Of a stretch of DNA of 11,038 nucleotides, positions 1 through 9,960 are shown one piece after another. The translations under genes were made by a program, and so were the position numbers. The notes beneath the pieces are model-generated. The model searched no databases. It worked only from the letters and a program-made list of their open reading frames with translations, and had not been told where the DNA came from. Position 1 is the stretch's first letter, and each line of letters opens with the position of its first letter. The DNA is from Eledone cirrhosa (taxonomy: Eukaryota): the NCBI GenBank assembly GCA_964016885.1, contig CAXHJY010001073.1, positions 1-11,038 on the forward strand, written 5' to 3'.

Positions 1-2224
1 CGTCTCTCGCTAATATCACCTCCTCTCACGAACTCCAAGCACACACGCGACTGGTCAAATGCGAAGGGCTGTCCCCTCTTTGTTTGTTGTAGGGGTCGGT
101 TCCAGCTTAGATGGTGGTCGTGTTATCCATATTCCGTCAGCCATGCATATTCAAGACAGATCAGGGTATATATTTACGGGTATGGTCCGGCGTCTACGCT
201 ATCCAAAGGGTCTCTATTGTGGTATTTTCAAGTTCGCATGTCATCTCCCGGTTAAGACTGCGCATGCTTCGGTGTATCTCGTGCATGGAATCTTGGGGGT
301 ATCATATTACATGGGGTGACTAGCAGAAAATATATATTCCATGTTATCGCCCACGCGCTGGCCTGTAGCTATGACCATGTCCAGTCGCGGGTAGTAGCAG
401 ACAGCAGGTAGGCCAGCTAGACTCACCCCTGCTCAAGGGGCACAAGCCTTAACTTATCGAGTGGTCAGACATCAAGGGAGTCAACTCTCCAAGCCCATTA
501 AGTCAACCGTGGTAATATACAAAAAAATCCCTATTAATAAAGAACTAACTCAAAAAGTACCACTTATAATAAAGAAGAACTAACTCAAAGGAAGTGAATG
601 GGGAGAATGGGGAGGGGCATCTATTTAGGTGGGGTTTATTAGGGGGGTGATTAGTTATAGGCAGGGAGCGGCCGCCATATTGGGTGTTCTGTTACTGTTT
701 CCTTGGGCAAGTTCCCGAATTTGTTGCATTACATCTCCGACGGCACCTCCCCGATTAGTCAACGTGGGTCCAGGCACTCACAATGTCCCACACCGCAGGC
801 ATCAGCTGCCCCAGGGTGCCCAGCAACAATGCTGCCACCAATCCAAAGTTGGCAAGTTGGACACAGGGTCGACTGTTCCTCACCAGAGTCCCCATCGGCA
901 ATCGGGGAGCCGACGCATCAATGTGGCCGGGGTTACTCAAGAGCACCCTATTCGCCAGCGTGGCAGCCATGTGCGGGACAGGGTGGGGTCAAGGCTATGT
1001 GTCTGGTCTGAAGAAAAAGAAAGAGCTAAGTATAGTATGGGGGCAGGACGAGAAGATTTCTGACCTCCTGTTGAGCAAGTTGAGTCCTGAGAATACTATG
1101 GCATGAGATTCAGTTAGGCACAGGCTACAAAACCTGCTCAACGAGCTATATGGAGGAGCTTTAGTAAGGCATCTCCAGCTTAGTGTGTAGGGGGTTTTTG
1201 TTTGTAATGTATGTGCCCGCTAACGATGTGGTATTTTTAAGCTTCTCATAACGGAAGCTATTCTGGTGGGCGTTGAATCTCGTCTTGAACTGGTTAGCGG
1301 TTGACCCCACATACGTCTTAGTATACTTGCCTGTGGTTACGTTACAAGCATATACTATGTTGCTAATAAGGCAGTGTCCAGCTAGTGGGCATTTGTCCTT
1401 CCGTCTTCAATTACACTTTCTAATAGGGTCATGCTCCTCAATCAGGGGTGCATGTCCCTCCAAGCGGCCGCGGGGCTGCCTAGTGGGACCGGTTCTATTG
1501 CCTGTTATCCCCCTGGGTCTTTCATTCAGTGGGTTGGTCCCGTGTTGTCGTGTGTACTGGCATGGTTCACTATTTCGGATGGCCTTAAGTCCCTCTTTAA
1601 TCTTACTCTTATTGGTCTTAGCTAGGTGTGATGCCAGATTAGGGGTTGTTGAGTACGATAGTTTGATAGTATTCTTATTGATGACACTACCGTACCTACT
1701 ACCTGGGGGGAAGTTCCTATGAAAGAGAAAAAAGATTTGGACAGGTCTGTAGTAATATTAGAGTTGAAGGGCGGCTTAAAGAAGGTACTATCACGTCTTC
1801 TAATCCTTCCACTGCATTTCTTATCCCCTATGCTGCTTACCCTCCCTTCATCTATATTATAACGGGTTCTACCAGGTGTGGTTGCTGGGCTCCCAGTGGT
1901 ATGTGTGTTGGTCTCGAAACTCCTAGGCCTCTGGCCCCCGTTTTCACTGTGGCCTTGCTTGGGGCGGCGTAGCGCTTTCCAGGCGCGTGGGCCCTATCCG
2001 TGTCTGCATTGCGAGTGTTATATGCCTTGAAAAGTCCCACCATATGGTCGGACGAAACGGCTGTCGGCAATAAACTTGTTATAATGTCATAATAGTTCCT
2101 TTGTTCTTTTTCCTTAATATTTCTGCTCTGCTTATACGCATAGAGCTTAACTAGCTACCGTCGCATATTTGGTAGGTGAGGCGTGATCATCGCGATTTAC
2201 ATACGACCTACCATACATCTTGCT
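1..2224 (+). mobile_element. Probable non-coding or degenerate Penelope-like (hammerhead-bearing) repeat; left end outside the window
   Basis: Balanced-GC sequence with no recognisable protein, carrying a + strand type I hammerhead (2023-2069) followed by AATAAA and a T-rich tract, ending abruptly at a (TA)n array. No RT or GIY-YIG motif seen, so the class and extent are inferred from the ribozyme only. Confidence 0.4.
2012..2078 (+). ncRNA. Type I hammerhead ribozyme with U3-A8 variant core
   Basis: Stem I TGCC(2023-2026)/GGCA(2066-2069), extendable by TTAT/ATAA and CGAGT/ACTTG; core TTGAAAA (2027-2033); stem II GTCC-C-ACC-ATAT-GGT-C-GGAC (2034-2053); GAAA (2054-2057); near-palindromic stem III ACGGCTGT; GTC triplet, predicted cut after 2065. 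Confidence 0.85.
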
Positions 2225-3359
<1,135 letters not shown>

Positions 3360-3550
3360 GTTTAATATAAGGAACTGTTTCGTTGTTTTATTCATTATTT
3401 GTTTAATATTTTATCTTGACTCTGTATACCGTTTATCTTTCACCGAAAGTGATTTTTCATTACATCTCTTCTTTCCATGATATCCGGAATACATTGAGTT
3501 CTTCATACGGATTGGACACTACCGTAAACTCTTGGTAGATTTATCTACAC
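3360..3550. other. AT-rich non-repetitive island between two TA arrays
   Basis: 191 bp of complex sequence with small hairpins (CTTTC-ACC-GAAAG; GTAGAT-TT-ATCTAC at its right end); no ORF; identity unknown. Confidence 0.6.
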
Positions 3551-5159
<1,609 letters not shown>

Positions 5160-5476
5160 AAGTTGAAAAAAATAAAAACGAAATTTCATTTCTCACTCTT
5201 AGTATGGCACTTACTTAAATGTAAGTATGTATGTATACGTACATACATATATGTATACAGACGTACAGTAGCATGCATATATATACATATATATATATAT
5301 ACATATATATACATATATACATACAGGTACACATACATATATGCACGCATCAGTTTAGCGGACGTTTATTACAACGCCGCTTTGTTCGTTTGTTTGTCAA
5401 CAAACCGAACAGCCTGAATTTATGCCATACGGTGTTAAGGCAACCACGTCACCTTTTTGTTCAACACTGACACAGG

Positions 5477-5521
5477 AACGATGTACTAGTTTCAAGCTTG
5501 TTAGCTATCATCAGCACCGTT
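5477..5521 (-). ncRNA. Minimal type I hammerhead ribozyme (left-arm copy)
   Basis: Exact reverse complement of 6197-6241. Confidence 0.88.
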
Positions 5522-6196
5522 TACCCATCTGCCAGATAGTTGAACGTTCGAAAGTATATACTTTCCTTATGAAAATTAACGGCTGAGCAGCCTAATTTGC
5601 ATATTGAGTGAGTTAAATCGGTCAGGCATACCGAAAACGATAAGTTGAAAAAAATGAAAACGAAATTTCATTTCTCACTCTTAGTATGGCACTTACTTAA
5701 ATGTAAGTATGTATGTATACGCACATACATATATGTATACAGACGTACAGTAGCATGCATATATATACATATATATATATATACATATATATACATATAT
5801 ACATACAGGTACACATACATATATGCACGCATCAGTTGACAAACAAACGAACAAAGCGGCGTTGTAATAAACGTCCGCTAAACTGATGCGTGCATATATG
5901 TATGTGTACCTGTATGTATATATGTATATATATGTATATATATATATATGTATATATATGCATGCTACTGTACGTCTGTATACATATATGTATGTACGTA
6001 TACATACATACTTACATTTAAGTAAGTGCCATACTAAGAGTGAGAAATGAAATTTCGTTTTCATTTTTTTCAACTTATCGTTTTCGGTATGCCTGACCGA
6101 TTTAACTCACTCAATATGCAAATTAGGCTGCTCAGCCGTTAATTTTCATAAGGAAAGTATATACTTTCGAACGTTCAACTATCTGGCAGATGGGTA

Positions 6197-6241
6197 AACG
6201 GTGCTGATGATAGCTAACAAGCTTGAAACTAGTACATCGTT
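6197..6241 (+). ncRNA. Minimal type I hammerhead ribozyme with palindromic stem III (right-arm copy)
   Basis: Stem I AACGGTG(6197-6203)/CATCGTT(6235-6241), 7 bp with one G-U; core CTGATGA (6204-6210); stem II T-AGCT-AACA-AGCT-T; GAAA (6225-6228); palindrome ACTAGT (6228-6233); GTA triplet, predicted cut after 6234. Confidence 0.88.
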
Positions 6242-6502
6242 CCTGTGTCAGTGTTGAACAAAAAGGTGACGTGGTTGCCTTAACACCGTATGGCATAAAT
6301 TCAGGCTGTTCGGTTTGTTGACAAACAAACGAACAAAGCGGCGTTGTAATAAACGTCCGCTAAACTGATGCGTGCATATATGTATGTGTACCTGTATGTA
6401 TATATGTATATATATGTATATATATATATATGTATATATATGCATGCTACTGTACGTCTGTATACATATATGTATGTACGTATACATACATACTTACATT
6501 TA

Positions 6503-6530
6503 TATATATATATATATATATATATAAATA
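6503..6530. repeat. Short (TA)n tract between the fold-back element and the LINE
   Basis: Read directly from the sequence. Confidence 0.9.
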
Positions 6531-6567
6531 TAAAAACACCAAGTAATATATAAAAACACCAAGTAAT
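6528..6567 (+). repeat. Perfect 20-bp tandem duplication at the LINE 5' junction
   Basis: ATATAAAAACACCAAGTAAT at 6528-6547 and 6548-6567. Confidence 0.93.
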
Positions 6568-6991
6568 GTGCAAGTTTTTCAAGAACGGGACATGCTGGCA
6601 TGGAGAGACAGGGATGGGATGCAGATTCGCCCACCCTAGGTCTCAAACGAACTATGCCCATCATACTCGCGCAACATGCCCCAGCCAAAGCCGAAATAAG
6701 CCGCTCCAGAAGTATGCTGATGTCGCGCGTGCTGCACCAACAAGGAGAAGGCACGCACATGCCGACGAGATACAGATGGCAGCAGCAGATCAGAAAAATT
6801 TTTTAGTGATGGCAGAGAAGATTGTGGGACAGCTGACCTGGCTGCATCGTCTCCAGAGCCAGGGTCATCCACACCAGCACTCGAGACCACCGCAGTTAAG
6901 GGACCCAGAGTGGCCGCCGCTGACACCAGACCAGGTGTCATACCGACAGCCATTACTGGCACCCCAAAAGTCACACCAGTGCTGCTGCTGA
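6554..6991 (+). CDS. C-terminal part of LINE ORF1 with a CCCH-type zinc finger (5'-truncated)
   Basis: CKFFKNGTCWHGETGMGCRFAH = C-x7-C-x8-C-x3-H, followed by a P/Q/H-rich low-complexity tail. The frame is open from 6554 (KHQVMC), ATG at 6566, stop TGA 6989-6991; overlaps ORF2. Confidence 0.75.
   Translation, partial: KHQVMCKFFKNGTCWHGETGMGCRFAHPRSQTNYAHHTRATCPSQSRNKPLQKYADVARAAPTRRRHAHADEIQMAAADQKNFLVMAEKIVGQLTWLHRLQSQGHPHQHSRPPQLRDPEWPPLTPDQVSYRQPLLAPQKSHQCCC
6796..6805 (+). promoter_or_regulatory. Candidate -1 programmed ribosomal frameshift site (overlapping A_AAU_UUU and U_UUU_UUA)
   Basis: ORF1 codons AAA AAT TTT TTA (6794-6805) are correctly phased as X_XXY_YYZ. A -1 slip enters the ORF2 frame, which is open from 6721 to 9960. 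Confidence 0.6.
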
Positions 6992-9960
6992 ATGTCAGGG
7001 GCCTGGTGAAACTCAGCAACATGAGTAAAATTTCCTACCTGGGAGACTTAGCCATAAGCAATCAAGCATTATGCATGGCACTAACCGAAACGCACCTGAC
7101 AAGCAGTATAGCAGATGCAGAAATACATATACCGAAATATACTGTATTTCGTTCGGACAGGAAGGAGAGAACTCATGGTGGGGTTGCTCTGTATATCCGT
7201 GAAGATGTCACACCAATTGTACTGTTGACACATTCAAACTCAGTCTGTGACACACTGATAATACATATGAAGCAACTACAGACGGTAATATGTGTCACAT
7301 ATCGGCCGCCCGATGCCCCCAGTCATGAGGGTAAATTTGAGGATAGCCTAAGTAGGATAGAAGAGGTCCTTGACAAACTGGACCAGGGTCTCAACATCCT
7401 ACTGCTGGGAGACTTCAACCTACCAAAGGTCAAATGGCCTGAGGGCCACCTCCTCCCTGGAATGACGTCAATAGAACAGAGACAGACGGAATCCCTGCTG
7501 GCCCTCACACACAGGCTGTTCATGGAGCAAGCAATACTCCTCCCAACAAGAGGCGAAAATGTCCTGGACCTCTGTTTTACAAACAACGAAGTGCTCATCC
7601 ACAATGTAAAGGTGACACCAACAATTCTCTCGGATCATAACTTGGTAGAGCTAATGATATGTGGTCCAAGAGAACCAACAGAGACAAAACCACCAAGAAG
7701 CTCCGGGACGCTATCCAGCCTTAACTTCTACGGGGCTGACTGGAAGAAGATTAAGAGTGAAATCCCGAAGCAAACATGGAGTGCAAACATCGCCACACAA
7801 GACACTAACACACAATTTCAACACTTCATGACAACGATACACACCATATGCAAAAAGTGTGTCCCGGAGAAAGAGGCAAACAGACACAAAAATCTTATTC
7901 CCAGAGATAGGAAAATCCTTATGAGACGTAGAACTAAACTCTCAAACCAGTTGAATAGTCAACAAAACCAAAACAAGAAGGAATCCTATTTGAAACGTGC
8001 ACTACTTGACACCGAGATTGCACTCAAGCTTTCACATGAGAATGAGAGGGCAAGGAAAGAGAACAGGGCCATAGAAAACATTAAAACAAACCCTAAGGCC
8101 TTCTTTAAATTTGCAAAAGAAACTGCCTCAGTACACTGCAAGATTGGACCACTCTTCCACACGGACGGTTCATTAACCGAAAATCCCCAAGAGATATGTG
8201 AAATACTGAACGAACAGTACAAAAGTGTCTTCACATGTCCACTGAGGCACATGCAAATAACGAAGCCAGAGGAGTTCTTTGATGCCACAACACTACATCA
8301 AGAAATGGCAACCATCAACCACATAGACATAACGGAGGAGGATGTGGTGTACGCCATTGATGAAATTAGAACAGACTCGGCTGCTGGACCTGATGGATTC
8401 CCAGCAGTTCTCCTAAAAATATGTAAGCGGGCCTTAGCAACTCCACTGAAGATGCTCTTCAGAAGCTCCTTGGCTAGCGGTGTACTACCCAGGGAGCTGA
8501 AAGAAGGCACAATATGCCCTATCCATAAAGGAGGTAGTAGAGCGGAGGCCAAGAACTATAGGCCAGTCTCCCTGACGTCGCATATCAGTAAGGTCATGGA
8601 GCGAGTCATCAGAAAGAAACTAATCACTTTCCTCGAAGAAAATGACCGCCTGACTAGCACGCAACATGGCTTCCGCCCAGGAAGAAGCTGCCTTACACAG
8701 CTGCTACATCACTACGACTGGGTACTGAGACAGCTACTAGACAGCTCACATGTAGACGTGATATATCTTGACTTTGCGAAGGCCTTTGACAAGGTCGACC
8801 ACGGAATGATATGTCACAAACTACACGGACTCGGCATAACTGGAAAAGTAGGTGAGTGGCTGCATGGCTTCCTGAGGGACAGAAGCCAGGCAGTCGCAGC
8901 AAATGGGGCCCTCTCGAGGGAAACACCGATAACAAGTGGGGTGCCTCAGGGGACAGTCCTGGGACCACTACTGTTTTTGGTGGCTCTCTCGGACATGCCC
9001 TCTGTGGTGCATGCAACAACATCCCTCACTAGCTATGCTGATGACACTAAGGTAGCACAGGCAATCAAAAACCCGGCTGACGCTGCCCTCTTACAGCAGG
9101 ATCTGGATGCCATATACAGATGGGCGGAAGAAAACAACATGCAGTTTAATGCTGGCAAATTTCAAGCCCTACAATACAAACCTGCAAACACAAACACAAA
9201 TATAGCGGAACACAGCTACACAGGACCAGGAGGGACCGATATCCCCGTGTCAAAATCGATACGAGACCTGGGCATAGACATGAGCGATGATGCATCTTTT
9301 TCTTCACACATCATGAAGGTGGCGACAGCATGTAGACGATTCGCTGGCTGGATCTTGAGGACTTTCCTTACAAGAGATCGAGACACCATGTTGACACTGT
9401 GGAGGACTTTTGTCCTAAGCCGCCTGGACTACTGCTCCCAGCTGTGGTCACCCCATAGTGTCAAACTAACCACAGAGCTTGAGGCAATCCAGCGAAGCTA
9501 CACCAAGAGGATTGCCAAGATGAGGGAGACAAGCTACTGGGAGAGGCTGAAGGAACTGAACCTCTACTCCTTGGAGCGAAGACGGGAGAGATACGCAGTG
9601 ATCTACATGTGGAAAATCCTGGAGGGACTAGCACCAAACTTTGGCATTGGGAGCTGGACCAACCGTCGAACAGGACGTCACTGTGTGGTGCCAAAGGTCC
9701 CGTCTTCCACATCTAGAATAAGGAGCAGGTATTGCAATAGCCTGGGATTCAAGGGCCCTCAACTCTTCAACAGGCTGCCGAGGCATCTGCGAGACTTGCA
9801 TGACGTGGAGGTGGATGTCTTTAAGAAACATCTCGACATCTTGTTATCCAGGATCCCGGATGAGCCCACAGCAAGACACGAGGGAAACCTAAGGGCAGCA
9901 GCAACAAACTCCGTCCTAGACCAGTGGCCAACCTATACAGGCTGGAGATATAATGTGTAG
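6910..9960 (+). CDS. LINE ORF2: apurinic-type endonuclease + reverse transcriptase (true start uncertain; frame open from 6721)
   Basis: APE motifs NVRGL, LTETHL, GGVALYI, YRPP, GDFN, LDLCFTN, SDH; RT motifs GPDG, PIHK..NYRPVSLTS, QHGFRPGRSC, YLDFAKAFDKV, GVPQGTVLGPLLF, YADD (9034-9045), DLG; CR1-like C-terminus LDYCSQLWSP and SLERRR. No internal stops. Confidence 0.97.
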   Translation: MAAADTRPGVIPTAITGTPKVTPVLLLNVRGLVKLSNMSKISYLGDLAISNQALCMALTETHLTSSIADAEIHIPKYTVFRSDRKERTHGGVALYIREDVTPIVLLTHSNSVCDTLIIHMKQLQTVICVTYRPPDAPSHEGKFEDSLSRIEEVLDKLDQGLNILLLGDFNLPKVKWPEGHLLPGMTSIEQRQTESLLALTHRLFMEQAILLPTRGENVLDLCFTNNEVLIHNVKVTPTILSDHNLVELMICGPREPTETKPPRSSGTLSSLNFYGADWKKIKSEIPKQTWSANIATQDTNTQFQHFMTTIHTICKKCVPEKEANRHKNLIPRDRKILMRRRTKLSNQLNSQQNQNKKESYLKRALLDTEIALKLSHENERARKENRAIENIKTNPKAFFKFAKETASVHCKIGPLFHTDGSLTENPQEICEILNEQYKSVFTCPLRHMQITKPEEFFDATTLHQEMATINHIDITEEDVVYAIDEIRTDSAAGPDGFPAVLLKICKRALATPLKMLFRSSLASGVLPRELKEGTICPIHKGGSRAEAKNYRPVSLTSHISKVMERVIRKKLITFLEENDRLTSTQHGFRPGRSCLTQLLHHYDWVLRQLLDSSHVDVIYLDFAKAFDKVDHGMICHKLHGLGITGKVGEWLHGFLRDRSQAVAANGALSRETPITSGVPQGTVLGPLLFLVALSDMPSVVHATTSLTSYADDTKVAQAIKNPADAALLQQDLDAIYRWAEENNMQFNAGKFQALQYKPANTNTNIAEHSYTGPGGTDIPVSKSIRDLGIDMSDDASFSSHIMKVATACRRFAGWILRTFLTRDRDTMLTLWRTFVLSRLDYCSQLWSPHSVKLTTELEAIQRSYTKRIAKMRETSYWERLKELNLYSLERRRERYAVIYMWKILEGLAPNFGIGSWTNRRTGRHCVVPKVPSSTSRIRSRYCNSLGFKGPQLFNRLPRHLRDLHDVEVDVFKKHLDILLSRIPDEPTARHEGNLRAAATNSVLDQWPTYTGWRYNV

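Larger units (their letters stand above)
5160..6502. mobile_element. Non-autonomous hammerhead-bearing element (retrozyme/Penelope-like): 482-bp monomer, about 1.4 copies per orientation, fold-back arrangement
   Basis: 5160-5355 is repeated at 5642-5837 (offset 482). 5835-6502 is the reverse complement of the same tandem sequence, with 5835-6020 repeated at 6317-6502. One hammerhead per arm, no credible ORF, (TA)n on both sides. Confidence 0.75.
5216..6502. repeat. Long near-perfect inverted repeat: arms 5216-5837 and 5881-6502 (622 bp), spacer 5838-5880
   Basis: Position i pairs with 11718-i, e.g. CGCATCAGTT(5828-5837)/AACTGATGCG(5881-5890). The only mismatch I noticed by eye is 5722 vs 5996. 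Confidence 0.95.

Noticed and set aside
59-2070. Many 60-150 aa ORFs on both strands
   Set aside because: They overlap in several frames, and I recognised no RT, GIY-YIG, recombinase or other motif; likely chance ORFs.
3372-3400. Possible further hammerhead on the minus strand (CGAAACAG)
   Set aside because: No CUGAnGA/UUGAnAA box and no stem I or II pairing.
5160-6502. MITE or DNA transposon with terminal inverted repeats
   Set aside because: The arms are unequal at the outer ends, contain internal tandem redundancy and carry hammerheads; this fits a retro-type fold-back better.
6528-6567. CRISPR-like repeats
   Set aside because: Only two abutting copies with no spacers, in a eukaryotic repeat context.
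5163-6582. Short duplicated ORFs (MKKIKTKF..., MYTYIHIC...)
   Set aside because: They run through microsatellite-like sequence in the repeated 482-bp unit and show no protein motif.
6910-6912. GTG as the ORF2 start codon
   Set aside because: A convention of the ORF track; the frame is open 189 nt further upstream and nothing marks this GTG as an initiator, although non-AUG initiation is not excluded.
7323-9831. Minus-strand ORFs inside ORF2
   Set aside because: Antisense shadows of a long coding frame.
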